A DNA stretch of 57,215 bases, from positions 1 to 57,215 of the IMG/VR virus record IMGVR_UViG_3300027791_000026; one strand, given 5' to 3'. The DNA is from a virus. Taxonomy: Duplodnaviria > Caudoviricetes. A program made the translations under genes and the position numbers. Below, piece by piece: positions 9,075 through 19,003 of the stretch. Below the pieces are notes generated by a model. That model searched no databases. It was given only the letters and a program-made list of their open reading frames with translations, and was not told the origin of the DNA. Each line of letters starts with the position of its first letter. The stretch's first letter is position 1.

Positions 9075-10949
9075 ATGAACCCAGAAGTCGACCACGCAAA
9101 AATATTATCCCTACTATCAGGGGTTTCAGATAAGTTAACGGATAGGGTCCTAGCTTTAGAGGATGCTGTTAGTAATACTATTGGAATGAGTACTAATAGT
9201 ATTAAAGCTCAACCTGAAAGTATAGTACAAAAAGCTGAACCTGTTATTATAGCTGATATAGGTAAAGAAGCTAAAAAAGATTTTAGAGAAGTTTTAACGA
9301 CTCCGGAATCCAAAGAAGAAGCAGCAGGAGGCGAAGGCGATGGTGGTATAATGGCTTATGTCAAAAAACTAATAGGACCTGCATTAATTATTCTTGGTAG
9401 TTTAGGAGCTTTAGTCGGTGGTCTATTTGCTGGAGGTGGTACTGGTATGCAGGACACTCTCCAAGTTATAGGTAAAGGTGGATTAGCACTTGGGTTAAAA
9501 TTAGCAGCAAAAACAGCAGGTACATTGTTAAAACCAGTACTAGGAAAATTACCTTTAATAGGTTCATTGATTAGCTTTGGATTTGCTTATTCAGCATTTA
9601 AAAATGATGATTTTGTTGGTGGTTTATTTGACTTAGCCAGTGGTTTATCTGGGTTACTTTACTTTGTACCAGGTGGTCAAGCATTTGCATTTCCTTTACA
9701 AATGGGTATTGACACTTTAAGTGCTATGTTAAGTCTTAGTACTACCCAAGAGGAAGGTGAAACAATGGGGCAAGCCAAATCTAGAACATTAAAAGAGTTT
9801 ATGGGTAAAATATTCGAAAAAATGAAGAATATATTTCCTTTAAGAAATTTCATATCATTTGGCACTGGTATTAGTGAAGTATTGTCAGGTAATTTTTCAT
9901 CCGGTATTAGTAAAATGGTTACAGCTTTTCCAATTTTTGATGCGCTAAACTTAATTAATAATTTATTTCTTGGTGGTGATGGGTCGGTTGATGATATGGC
10001 ATCCGGTATGGGTGAAAAAATTAGCAATATAGCAGGTGGGGCTAAGGCATTTGTAGCTGCTTTAATAGAACCTATAAAAGATAAATTTCCTATGAAAAAT
10101 TTTATAGGTATATATGAAGGTGTGGGTAAAGTATTCAAAGGTAATTTTAAAGAAGGTTTAATTCAAATTGGTAAAAATGGCATGCCAGTATTAGCAGCTA
10201 TTGGAGAATTCTTTTTTGGAAGTACAGATGCTGAAACTGGAGAGAAAAAAGATGCTGGTTATAAAAAAGTTTTAGGTACTCTAGGGGGATTTTTTGGCCC
10301 TATAAAGGATAAATTGTTAATGAAAGTTTTAAATATATTACCTGAAAAAATATTAGGGGTTAGTGTTAGAAATAGAGTAGCTGATTTATTGGGAATAAAT
10401 TTAGGTGCAATTGAGGATGACCCAGAGGAAGCTGCAGCTAATGCCGAAGCTGAAAGAGCCCAGGATATGGCTAAAATTGAAAGAAATATCGCTGAGGAAC
10501 GAGCTAGGATTAAAAGAAGTGAAGCCGGTGAAAATGAATATTTTGGTAGAGAAGGGAAAGGTGTAGAAAACTCGCAGGAAAAAATCGCAGAACTAGAAGC
10601 GAAGCTAGCTAAGAGACAAGATGGGGGCCCAGTCAATCGGAATACACCATATATGGTTGGTGAAGCCGGTCCTGAATTATTTATACCTAAAAACAACGGA
10701 GATGTTGTAGATAACAAGACTGTAAATATATTAGAAAATACCTTAGATAGAAAAACTTTCGTAGATATAACTAAAATGAATATTAAGATTAGTAACCAAC
10801 AAATGGATGAACTTAAGAAAAATAATATGTTATTGCAAGCTATATTAGAAAAATCGAACGCTGGAAGCACTATTATAAAGAATCAAAGTAGCAGTGTAGT
10901 AAATAATCAAAGTAGTTCAGGTTTTAGAGATATGCAATTTAATGTTTAA
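9075..10949 (+). CDS. Tape measure / baseplate hub protein (gp29-like)
   Basis: G/A/L-rich hydrophobic helices, internal repeats (FPLRNFI..G...V.SGNF / FPMKNFI..G..VFKGNF), RQDGGPV...YMVGEAGPELFIP motif. Confidence 0.8.
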   Translation: MNPEVDHAKILSLLSGVSDKLTDRVLALEDAVSNTIGMSTNSIKAQPESIVQKAEPVIIADIGKEAKKDFREVLTTPESKEEAAGGEGDGGIMAYVKKLIGPALIILGSLGALVGGLFAGGGTGMQDTLQVIGKGGLALGLKLAAKTAGTLLKPVLGKLPLIGSLISFGFAYSAFKNDDFVGGLFDLASGLSGLLYFVPGGQAFAFPLQMGIDTLSAMLSLSTTQEEGETMGQAKSRTLKEFMGKIFEKMKNIFPLRNFISFGTGISEVLSGNFSSGISKMVTAFPIFDALNLINNLFLGGDGSVDDMASGMGEKISNIAGGAKAFVAALIEPIKDKFPMKNFIGIYEGVGKVFKGNFKEGLIQIGKNGMPVLAAIGEFFFGSTDAETGEKKDAGYKKVLGTLGGFFGPIKDKLLMKVLNILPEKILGVSVRNRVADLLGINLGAIEDDPEEAAANAEAERAQDMAKIERNIAEERARIKRSEAGENEYFGREGKGVENSQEKIAELEAKLAKRQDGGPVNRNTPYMVGEAGPELFIPKNNGDVVDNKTVNILENTLDRKTFVDITKMNIKISNQQMDELKKNNMLLQAILEKSNAGSTIIKNQSSSVVNNQSSSGFRDMQFNV

Positions 10950-10952
10950 TAC

Positions 10953-10958
10953 TAAATA
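10953..10958 (+). promoter_or_regulatory. Late promoter box
   Basis: TAAATA 6 nt before ATG 10965. Confidence 0.65.
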
Positions 10959-10964
10959 TTATAA

Positions 10965-12188
10965 ATGGCAATTGATTTATGGAGTTTAAAATTTGGTAAA
11001 GATAATACTATACCAGTTCTTATAAGAGCTGGAACTAATACCAACTCTGCTAATTTAAATTTACAAAATAATGAAGTTTATAGTAAATTAAATGGTGGTG
11101 ATACTCCATATATTCCTATTGATGTTAGGGAAGATTTTCAATGGACGAAGAGCCCTAAAAGCTCAAGACTAGATGTACCTTCTTTATCTCTTAAAGAAAA
11201 ACGTATTATTAAAAATAGTACAGTCACTAATCTAGCTTATTCAGTAAATGCAACAGCTGATTTAGCTAAAACTTTATCAGATAAGATATCTCAAGGGGAT
11301 TTTATATTTTTTAATGAAGATGCTATTAAAGAAGGTTCAATATTAGAGAGTACAACGAATCTGGTAAAGGGTGGTGCATCTACTATTTCTGATACTTTAG
11401 AGGCTACTCAATCCTTAATAAATGAAAAACTCTTAGGTACACAAACATTCAAAAGTAGTGTTTTACAACCATACAATGGATTGTATAGTATTGAAAGTAC
11501 AGGGTTTCAGTATATATTACCCTTTCTAAACGATGAATATAGGGAAATGACTACTTCAATGGGTGAGGATCAAGATAATCTATTTAGTGGTATGCAAAGA
11601 GCTGCTATTGACGCAGCTTCAGAAGTAGCAGGAGCTGTATTTGGTTTAAGACCTGGTGTTTATATAGAAGAATCAAGACAGTTTCAAATGTCTCAGGATG
11701 GAAGATCAATAAACGTTAAAATACCATTATTGAATACCGGCACTTATGAGGATATATTGCAAAACTGGCAGCTTATATTTGGTTTAACTTATCAGAATAG
11801 ACCTGGTAGAATTACTAAAAATTTAGTTGATATACCCGTTATATACGAGGCAATAGTTGAAGATATACTTTTTATGCCTTATGCGTATATATCCAATCTA
11901 TCAGTTAATTTTTTAGGTAATAGGCGTACGATGGAAATAACAGTACCAGTCGAAGGTACCGATGATTCAAATAATTTAACATTAAACGCGACCATACCAG
12001 ATGCTTATGAATTAAATTTAACGTTGAAGGGGTTAAATGAAGAAACGAGAAACTTTATATATGAGAGTATAAACCCAGGAGTAGTGAGATCATCTGAAAC
12101 AACCGGTGGTGCTTCAACCATAGAAGAACCCTCTATACCAAATACAACAAATACCAAAGCAGGTCCAACAATGAGAGGTGGAAATTAA
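10965..12188 (+). CDS. Baseplate tail-tube cap-like protein (gp48-like)
   Basis: PVIYE...FMPYAYISNLSVNF.G...IPDAYELNLTL tube-cap pattern; between TMP and gp53. Confidence 0.5.
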   Translation: MAIDLWSLKFGKDNTIPVLIRAGTNTNSANLNLQNNEVYSKLNGGDTPYIPIDVREDFQWTKSPKSSRLDVPSLSLKEKRIIKNSTVTNLAYSVNATADLAKTLSDKISQGDFIFFNEDAIKEGSILESTTNLVKGGASTISDTLEATQSLINEKLLGTQTFKSSVLQPYNGLYSIESTGFQYILPFLNDEYREMTTSMGEDQDNLFSGMQRAAIDAASEVAGAVFGLRPGVYIEESRQFQMSQDGRSINVKIPLLNTGTYEDILQNWQLIFGLTYQNRPGRITKNLVDIPVIYEAIVEDILFMPYAYISNLSVNFLGNRRTMEITVPVEGTDDSNNLTLNATIPDAYELNLTLKGLNEETRNFIYESINPGVVRSSETTGGASTIEEPSIPNTTNTKAGPTMRGGN

Positions 12189-12190
12189 TT

Positions 12191-12574
12191 ATGGAAGGAA
12201 AATTTCAAAATAACATTACCGAGTTACCTGAACTCGAAACTTATAGATATGAAAATATATTTAAAGTTTATGAAACTAAAGATTTAGGTATATCAGGGGA
12301 TAAAAACTTTTTAATGTATAATATAGTTAAAAAGATACATATACCTGATAATCTAGATAATTCGTTTTTCGATTTTTTCACGTTGAATAAAAACTTACCT
12401 TTAACTACGATATCATATCAGATTTATAGTACAACCTATCTTTGGTGGCTTATTATGCTAGTAAACAAAATAATAAACCCGTATAAAAACTTACCTGTAG
12501 GTCAAAAAATTAGATATATTAAGCCTGAATATGTAAAGATAGTTTTAGATGCAATCACTAAACAGCTACAATGA
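12191..12574 (+). CDS. Baseplate wedge protein (gp53-like, LysM-like)
   Basis: ISYQIYSTTYLWWLIMLVNKIINP motif. Confidence 0.8.
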   Translation: MEGKFQNNITELPELETYRYENIFKVYETKDLGISGDKNFLMYNIVKKIHIPDNLDNSFFDFFTLNKNLPLTTISYQIYSTTYLWWLIMLVNKIINPYKNLPVGQKIRYIKPEYVKIVLDAITKQLQ

Positions 12575-14139
12575 GATACAAATTTTTAGAAGGATTTATT
12601 TATGATGATAAGAAAAAGTTTTTATATGTTGTAGATCAACAAAACTATATTTTTAAAACTTTATTATTTAACCCTGATAGTAACGTATCAGTTTTATCAA
12701 AATCATCTATAAGAAATATTACTATTAAGGATAGCATAATGGACCCATTTTTAAAAGGGTCATTAACTATTTTAAATAATGGTGAATCGTTAGAACGTTT
12801 AGCTACCCCGAAAAACGTTAAAGAGTTTGATGCAAACTCAGATCTTTTAAAAGGTTATACATATAGAGGTGATGGTAGAGATTTATTTTATCTAGAAATT
12901 GTACCAGTAGAAAATGTTGATGAAAGTTTTGGTAAATTAGGCAATAAATTTAACGATACATTTTCATTTAAAAATGTTTTTGCATTAGTTAATGATGAAC
13001 AATTATTTGACGGTACCGATGAATTGAAAAGATTTGATTTTATAGATTTTGATGAAAAATTGTTAAAAGAAAAAAATATATTTTTCTCTACTACAAAATT
13101 ATTAAAAACTGACACCCCAATAGAGTTACTATCTAATAAAGATAGAGAGGTACCTACCGGCGAATGTTTAAAATTAATTTTAAAAGACGGATTGTTTCAA
13201 AATGATATTAATGAAATAATAAAAACAGAAAAAGGTGAAACCCCTGATTTCGACACAGGGGCCAGTAAAATATTCTACACATCACCATCTAGCAGTACTG
13301 CATATAAAGATTTAATGTATATTTACGATAAACATACCACCGATAAAACAGGTCAAGATTTTTCATTTTTGAAAAAGAGATACTATAATGGTCAGTATGA
13401 ACTAATAAGTGTAAAGGAAAAATTTGATAAAGCTTTTAATAAAAACGATGATACAGCCGGAAAATTGAATATGGAAAAACTTGTCATAACAGGTGGTGCT
13501 GGTACGGGTGAAAATGTAGTTCAAAGTAGTAAAAAATCTCCATCTACTATTGCATATTTTGGTGAAAAAGGGAATGTTATAGATTATAAATTTTTTAATG
13601 TTAATGCAAACATTAGTAGTAAAAAAAATAATACAAAAATTGTTCATTCATACAGCCCGGGTGATAAAGCATTTAATTTAGAGCAAAAAGATAGTAATAT
13701 AGTTTCCGCTAAAAATACTTTCGATGAAAATTATGTAAGTAATATGAAAGGTTTTAATAATTCACCTTCACCAAGTTTAGTATTAAATTCATCTAAAACT
13801 ACAAATCTATCATATGAAAACGTTTTTTCTTTATATAGTGGAGATGAATTTATTAGAAAATCAAGCGGTATAAATAAACTCTTAAAAAACCTATTATTAA
13901 CTAATATTGGAGTAGAGCTTACATTGAAAGGTCAAATGTTTAGAAAAGCTGGTAATTTTTTTACTTTAGATAGAAGTGAAAATTATGTAGAAAATAATTT
14001 TGATGATAAACTATTAGGTATATATTTTATAGTAGAAGTTACCCACACTTTTAATAGTGATAATACATATAGTAATAAAATATTTGCAGTTAAAACATAT
14101 AACTTTAAAGATTTAAAATATAAGGAAAATATATTATGA
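12571..14139 (+). CDS. Baseplate hub protein (gp27-like)
   Basis: ITIKDSIMDPFLKGSLTI at N-terminus; ELTLKG...AG and GIYFIVEVTHTF at C-terminus. Confidence 0.65.
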   Translation: MRYKFLEGFIYDDKKKFLYVVDQQNYIFKTLLFNPDSNVSVLSKSSIRNITIKDSIMDPFLKGSLTILNNGESLERLATPKNVKEFDANSDLLKGYTYRGDGRDLFYLEIVPVENVDESFGKLGNKFNDTFSFKNVFALVNDEQLFDGTDELKRFDFIDFDEKLLKEKNIFFSTTKLLKTDTPIELLSNKDREVPTGECLKLILKDGLFQNDINEIIKTEKGETPDFDTGASKIFYTSPSSSTAYKDLMYIYDKHTTDKTGQDFSFLKKRYYNGQYELISVKEKFDKAFNKNDDTAGKLNMEKLVITGGAGTGENVVQSSKKSPSTIAYFGEKGNVIDYKFFNVNANISSKKNNTKIVHSYSPGDKAFNLEQKDSNIVSAKNTFDENYVSNMKGFNNSPSPSLVLNSSKTTNLSYENVFSLYSGDEFIRKSSGINKLLKNLLLTNIGVELTLKGQMFRKAGNFFTLDRSENYVENNFDDKLLGIYFIVEVTHTFNSDNTYSNKIFAVKTYNFKDLKYKENIL

Positions 14140-14996
14140 GTTACGAATTATCATTATTACCAAGTTATCTGGATACAGTTATTTTACAAAAAACTGATTA
14201 TTATAAAAATAATACTAATTTATTAGAATTATTTGATGATTTTATTGATATGCTAAAACTCAATATAGATTACGAAAAAGGCAAATCATCAGGGGATTTT
14301 ATCAAAGATATATCTAGTATATACGAAAAATTAAACAATAATAAATTTATTTTAGATGGTTATGAAATAGATATTCAAAATAAAAATTATTATATCGAAA
14401 AATATCAATCATTAGCATCTAATTTTAAAATAGTTATAGAAAAAATATTAGGTGATAAAAATACATTTTTTAAAGATCTATCTGATGATGTCGGAACTTT
14501 GTTAGATGTAAATACAATATTTGATGATTCTATATGCCCGTTTTTTGATATATTTTATAACGAATCAAAAAATATTCCTTTGAATATACCTAATACAGTT
14601 TTCAATAAAGTATCTTTACAAAATAAAAAACTTCAAAAAAACTTTTCTTTAATGAATGATGCAATATTAAAGAATAATTTAAAAGATATAGCAAATTATA
14701 CTGAAACTTCGATTTCTAAAACTTCACATAGTAGTAACTTGGTAACTGACTATGATTACTATGAAAGATTATTATCCTTTTCAGAGGAAATTCGACAATC
14801 AATTTTTATTGAGTTAACTGCTGATTTAGGAGAGTATATATACTTTTTAAAGAATTTAAATGTAAGAAATCAACATAATAATAAAGCAGTATTACTACAG
14901 TTTGAAAATACTATAGAAGATGTAGAAGAAAATTTAGATATATTAAAAAATCAAATAGTAAGCAAAGCTTATAAAGATAATAATATTTTAAATTAA
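14136..14996 (+). CDS. Hypothetical protein
   Basis: 286-aa ORF overlapping upstream stop (ATGA); TAAGGA 9 nt upstream. Confidence 0.7.
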   Translation: MSYELSLLPSYLDTVILQKTDYYKNNTNLLELFDDFIDMLKLNIDYEKGKSSGDFIKDISSIYEKLNNNKFILDGYEIDIQNKNYYIEKYQSLASNFKIVIEKILGDKNTFFKDLSDDVGTLLDVNTIFDDSICPFFDIFYNESKNIPLNIPNTVFNKVSLQNKKLQKNFSLMNDAILKNNLKDIANYTETSISKTSHSSNLVTDYDYYERLLSFSEEIRQSIFIELTADLGEYIYFLKNLNVRNQHNNKAVLLQFENTIEDVEENLDILKNQIVSKAYKDNNILN

Positions 14997-15442
14997 GTAT
15001 CTATTTCTATAATTTTAGCATCATCTATAAGTTGCTTTAGTAATTCTTCCCTATTGATAGTTAAACCTAAACGTTGATCGTTTTCTTGAGCTAATTCTTT
15101 TTTACTATCAATATCCATTTGTTTAATCTCTTTTCTACTATCGTTAGTTTTATTAGATATTAAAATTTTATTTAAACTTTCAATTGCTGAAGCAGATGCA
15201 CCTACCAACTTACTTAAAGCTTCAACATCTCTAGAATCTGGAGCTGATGTAATAAACTGTTTTACCTCTTCAACATAATCTACACTATCTTTAATTAGCT
15301 TACCTGAGTATTTTAATAAAAAATCTTCTAACTTATCTTTGTCTAAGTTAAATTCATTTTTTTCAACTTCTTTAGCAGCTAAATTTGCACCCTTTAATTG
15401 AGCAAGTAAATCATCTACAACTATATCAACGTCGTCATCCAT
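14993..15442 (-). CDS. Probable terminase small subunit (T4 gp16-like)
   Basis: 149 aa, helical; SAPDSRDVEALSKLV...IESLNKI and NREELLKQL resemble the PR..EV...L helix pair and C-terminal EL.K.L of T4-type TerS; late box upstream. Confidence 0.5.
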   Translation of the reverse strand: MDDDVDIVVDDLLAQLKGANLAAKEVEKNEFNLDKDKLEDFLLKYSGKLIKDSVDYVEEVKQFITSAPDSRDVEALSKLVGASASAIESLNKILISNKTNDSRKEIKQMDIDSKKELAQENDQRLGLTINREELLKQLIDDAKIIEIDT

Positions 15443-15449
15443 ATAAAAA

Positions 15450-15455
15450 TATTTA
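15450..15455 (-). promoter_or_regulatory. Late promoter box
   Basis: TAAATA 7 nt before ATG 15442. Confidence 0.55.
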
Positions 15456-15464
15456 TCAATAAAG

Positions 15465-15492
15465 TTGAATAATTAAACTAATATATTATAAT
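15465..15492 (+). promoter_or_regulatory. Sigma70-type promoter, leaderless
   Basis: TTGAAT-N16-TATAAT-N6-ATG 15499. Confidence 0.65.
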
Positions 15493-15498
15493 AGGTAT

Positions 15499-15960
15499 AT
15501 GGATAAAGTTAATATAACATTTGTAAAGACGCATGACGATGCTGTTCTACCTACTAAAGCTCACGACGGTGATAATTGTTTTGATCTTTATGCGGTGGAA
15601 GATACGGTTATACCTTGTAGTAGTTCCTGGATGGGTGATGTTACTGTAGGTAATGCTATAGTACCTGTTGGTATTACTGTTGCTGATATTACTAAAGGGT
15701 TTGGATTTGTACTACGACCTAAATCAGGTCTCGGGTTTAAAGCTGGTCTTCAACCTCATCTAGGGGAAATTGATAATGGTTATCGAGGCGACTGCGCTGT
15801 TAAAATGTATAACTTTAATTGTAAGTATTATACTGTGAAAAAAGGTGATAAGGTAGCTCAAATTAAAGTTGAAAAGATATATGATACTAAAGTTGGATGG
15901 GCTGGAATGGTTAAAAAAGCTAAACGTGGTAATAAGGGTTTCGGTTCGTCGGGTAAATAA
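15499..15960 (+). CDS. dut: dUTPase (trimeric type)
   Basis: FDLYA, RPKSGLG, GEIDNGYRG, KGDKVAQ, RGNKGFGSSG motifs. Confidence 0.96.
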   Translation: MDKVNITFVKTHDDAVLPTKAHDGDNCFDLYAVEDTVIPCSSSWMGDVTVGNAIVPVGITVADITKGFGFVLRPKSGLGFKAGLQPHLGEIDNGYRGDCAVKMYNFNCKYYTVKKGDKVAQIKVEKIYDTKVGWAGMVKKAKRGNKGFGSSGK

Positions 15961-15962
15961 TT

Positions 15963-16157
15963 ATGGGATATAAAGGATGTAAAGAGCGTGAAGGAGTAGA
16001 TCATGCAAAATATAGAGATAATTATGACTCTATTTTTGGTAATAAAACTAATAGGAACTCAGATATAATTAGTAGTAAGGATAGTTCTAAAAAAATTATT
16101 AGAAAAGGTAAATGTTCGACGAACGGAACAACTAGTCGATATTATACAGATATTTAA
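15963..16157 (+). CDS. Small hypothetical protein
   Basis: 64 aa, 2 nt after dut stop; VD..KY..NYD.IFG core. Confidence 0.65.
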   Translation: MGYKGCKEREGVDHAKYRDNYDSIFGNKTNRNSDIISSKDSSKKIIRKGKCSTNGTTSRYYTDI

Positions 16158-16159
16158 TT

Positions 16160-16267
16160 ATGGGAAAAGTAACAAGACAAAAGATAACCGAAAGAAAAGT
16201 CGGTAATGCGAAGGTAAGAAAGACAGTAACAGTAACAGTTACGAAGCCATCAAAAAGAAAAAAATAA
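16160..16267 (+). CDS. 35-aa highly basic peptide (absent from ORF track)
   Basis: MGKVTRQKITERKVGNAKVRKTVTVTVTKPSKRKK; fills the gap exactly, stop overlaps next ATG (TAATG). Confidence 0.7.
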   Translation: MGKVTRQKITERKVGNAKVRKTVTVTVTKPSKRKK

Positions 16268-17181
16268 TGTTTAATAACTTATACGTAGAAAAGTATAGAC
16301 CTAAAACGTTATCAGATTTGGTATTATCTGATAGTAATAGAAAGTATTTTGAATCTATTACTGAAGAAATACCAAATCTGCTTTTCGTCGGTACACCTGG
16401 ATTAGGTAAGACCACATTAGCTAGAATATTAGTAAATGATATATTAGGGTGTCAATACCTGTATATTAATGCCTCAGATGAAAATGGTATAGATACTATA
16501 CGCTCCAAGGTAGTTGGCTTTAGTCAGACTAAGTCTCTCGATGGGAAACATAAAGTAGTCATCTTAGATGAGGCTGATGGTATTACCCTTGACGGTCAAC
16601 GCGCACTACGTAATACAATGGAGGAATATAGTGGTATGACTCGTTTTATACTAACAGCAAATTATAAGCATAAAATTATACCTGCCATTCAAAGTAGAAC
16701 TCAATTTTTCGATCTAATGCCGCCGTTTGATGACGTTGTTAAAAGGGTTGTCGATATTGTCAAGCAGGAGGGTATTAAGATCGAAACTGATCAGAAACCT
16801 AATTTTGTTAATGTAATTAAGCAAAGTTATCCGGATATTCGGAAGGTATTGAATAGTATTCAAAAAGCTACTATTAGTAATATATTTACAATTGATCATA
16901 GCGTAGATAGTAAAGATATAGTTATTGTTATACATAAGCATATTGTATCTAAAGATTCTTTAAAGCTTAGAAAGTATCTAATTGAAAATGAAAACGAGTT
17001 TCAAGGTGATTATCATAACTTAATGAAGCAGTACTTAAACCACGTATACACTTCTAGTTTAGATGACAATAAAAAACGTCAATATATAGTTACTATCTCA
17101 GAGAGTATGGTAAATGACGTCTGGGTGCTAGATAAAGAGATTAATGCTTTTGCGTGCTGGGTTAAATTAGAAAGAATTTAG
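16267..17181 (+). CDS. Sliding-clamp loader ATPase subunit (T4 gp44/RFC small-subunit-like)
   Basis: VEKYRP, GTPGLGKTT, INASDENGID, ILDEAD, IQSR motifs. Confidence 0.94.
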   Translation: MFNNLYVEKYRPKTLSDLVLSDSNRKYFESITEEIPNLLFVGTPGLGKTTLARILVNDILGCQYLYINASDENGIDTIRSKVVGFSQTKSLDGKHKVVILDEADGITLDGQRALRNTMEEYSGMTRFILTANYKHKIIPAIQSRTQFFDLMPPFDDVVKRVVDIVKQEGIKIETDQKPNFVNVIKQSYPDIRKVLNSIQKATISNIFTIDHSVDSKDIVIVIHKHIVSKDSLKLRKYLIENENEFQGDYHNLMKQYLNHVYTSSLDDNKKRQYIVTISESMVNDVWVLDKEINAFACWVKLERI

Positions 17182-17214
17182 ATCAAAAGATATCTTCAAA
17201 ACAGGATTAAGAGA

Positions 17215-17220
17215 TAAATA
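17215..17220 (+). promoter_or_regulatory. Late promoter box
   Basis: TAAATA 5 nt before ATG 17226. Confidence 0.7.
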
Positions 17221-17225
17221 CTTAT

Positions 17226-17891
17226 ATGAATAGATTCTATGTATATAAGTTAATTAACCCACATAACAACTCATTACTGTATATAGGTAAAGGCACGAAC
17301 AAAAGACGTTTCAATTTCAAGCAGCGAAATAATCATCTCCGTAACAAGTTAAATAAGATCCTCGAAAAATATAATAAAGAAGATATATCTGTTATTATTG
17401 AGGATCATTTAACAAGTGAGCATGCTTATAAACTTGAGATTGAACTAATTGCTAAGTATAATCCTCGTTATAATATTTGCTGCGGAGGTCAAGGTATAGA
17501 TCCAGATTTAGTTAAAGGAGAAAAAAACGTGAATTATAAACAAATAGATAAAAACGAATATATTAAACTCTTATCAGAGGGTAAATCAAATGGAGAGGCA
17601 GCTACAGAATTAGGTGTAAGTCAAAATACACTAAAGAGTAAATTTTACCCAAAATCTACACTAAATCAATTCTGCAAAGATCATACCATACAATATTATA
17701 ATACGCAATCTGGTAATAAAAATGGTAACTATAAAATGTTTCCTAAAGAGAGGTTTGTAGAACTTATTAAAAAAGGAGCAGGTTTGACTCTATTAGAAAA
17801 AGAATTAGGTTTGAGTAAGAGATGTTTAATTGAAAAGTATAGAGAAGAATTTAGTGTCTCTAACTGGAAAGAGCTTCTTGAGAAGGTTTAA
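17226..17891 (+). CDS. Free-standing GIY-YIG homing endonuclease-like protein
   Basis: FYVYKL...YIGKG...R...E..LI....YN...GG catalytic module, then two G.KN.NYK + HTH-like repeats. Confidence 0.8.
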   Translation: MNRFYVYKLINPHNNSLLYIGKGTNKRRFNFKQRNNHLRNKLNKILEKYNKEDISVIIEDHLTSEHAYKLEIELIAKYNPRYNICCGGQGIDPDLVKGEKNVNYKQIDKNEYIKLLSEGKSNGEAATELGVSQNTLKSKFYPKSTLNQFCKDHTIQYYNTQSGNKNGNYKMFPKERFVELIKKGAGLTLLEKELGLSKRCLIEKYREEFSVSNWKELLEKV

Positions 17892-18469
17892 CCTTCAATT
17901 GGCATATACTGCGTAGTATAACTTTCATTAACTGCAGGTGAAGGTGTTGCTGGAGATGAAGGAATCTTAGTATTTTGACGTGCGTTAGATATATTAGTCT
18001 TTTTAAGACTATCACCTTGCTGAGTCATTGTTTGCTGTTGTTCTTCATTTTCTTCAGCTTCGACAGGGTCAATTTGTACTTTATTATCATATTTCTGTGA
18101 ATCTGGTACTGGGTGTCGGTTAATACCTAAATCAATAGGCTCTAACATATCACTTGTAACAGTAACTTGACCTTGTGTATCTGATAACCCGTTAGCTAAT
18201 TCCCTAGCAACTGTAATATAGAAGAAATTACCTCTATTATCACTATTATTCGGGGAGTTTGTAGGGTATTCAGTAGTTACATTTTTTACTAGATAATTAC
18301 TGTCTGAATCAAAATAATCGTCAATATATTTTTGTTGTTCCTTATTTTGATTTTTGTAACCTTCTTTGGATTTATAATTACTAGCTAATTTTACCAATCC
18401 ACCAGTTTGAAACCCACTATTCATCTTAGCAGATATTTGCTCTATTAAATTTAAGAATTTTTTTGCCAT
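17888..18469 (-). CDS. Hypothetical late protein, possibly internal head protein
   Basis: 193 aa; TATAAATA upstream; N-terminus MAKKFLNLIE. Confidence 0.7.
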   Translation of the reverse strand: MAKKFLNLIEQISAKMNSGFQTGGLVKLASNYKSKEGYKNQNKEQQKYIDDYFDSDSNYLVKNVTTEYPTNSPNNSDNRGNFFYITVARELANGLSDTQGQVTVTSDMLEPIDLGINRHPVPDSQKYDNKVQIDPVEAEENEEQQQTMTQQGDSLKKTNISNARQNTKIPSSPATPSPAVNESYTTQYMPIEG

Positions 18470-18474
18470 AATAA

Positions 18475-18482
18475 TATTTATA
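18475..18482 (-). promoter_or_regulatory. Late promoter TATAAATA
   Basis: 5 nt before ATG 18469. Confidence 0.75.
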
Positions 18483-18506
18483 TTTAATCAACCAACTATC
18501 TATAAT

Positions 18507-18512
18507 TAAATA
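18507..18512 (+). promoter_or_regulatory. Late promoter box
   Basis: TAAATA 6 nt before ATG 18519. Confidence 0.65.
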
Positions 18513-18518
18513 TTTAAA

Positions 18519-18995
18519 ATGGCTAAATTAAATTTAGATATATTAAAGGGTTCAGGTAAACCAGATGAAAAGATCTTCAGTGATTTAAAGTTAGATCTTG
18601 TTATAGGTAAATTGAAAAGAAATGAAGCTTTACCTAATAAACAAAATATTGATATAGAATCGTCAGATAATTTAGCTGCAATAAGAAACTCTATTATTAG
18701 TATAATAACTACATCTCCAGGAGAAAAAATTCTAAACCCGACATTTGGTCTTAATTTCGGTGATTTACTTTTTCTACCTGTTTCTAAAGTACGAGCACAA
18801 AATATAGGTGAAACGATTGTTAATGGTGTTGAAAAATTTGAACCTCGTATAACTATTACTAGTCTAAAAGTTGAAGCTAATATATCAGAGCAAGAATATA
18901 ATATTGATATAGTATATATTGTACCTAGATTTCCGAACCAAAGTCTCAATATAACGGGTTCAATTAACAAATCAGATTTTACATTTTTTAATTAA
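18519..18995 (+). CDS. Baseplate wedge protein (gp25-like)
   Basis: AIRNSI..IITTSPGEK..NPTFG....LLF.P and FEPRI motifs. Confidence 0.92.
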   Translation: MAKLNLDILKGSGKPDEKIFSDLKLDLVIGKLKRNEALPNKQNIDIESSDNLAAIRNSIISIITTSPGEKILNPTFGLNFGDLLFLPVSKVRAQNIGETIVNGVEKFEPRITITSLKVEANISEQEYNIDIVYIVPRFPNQSLNITGSINKSDFTFFN

Positions 18996-18998
18996 ATA
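18993..18998 (+). promoter_or_regulatory. Late promoter box overlapping upstream stop
   Basis: TAAATA 5 nt before ATG 19004. Confidence 0.6.
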
Positions 18999-19003
18999 TT
19001 TTT

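Noticed and set aside
15954-15959. TAAATA before ATG 15963 (and before ATG 41963) as late promoters
   Set aside because: Spacing of 3 and 0 nt is off-pattern, and the match arises from codons ending AAA-TAA
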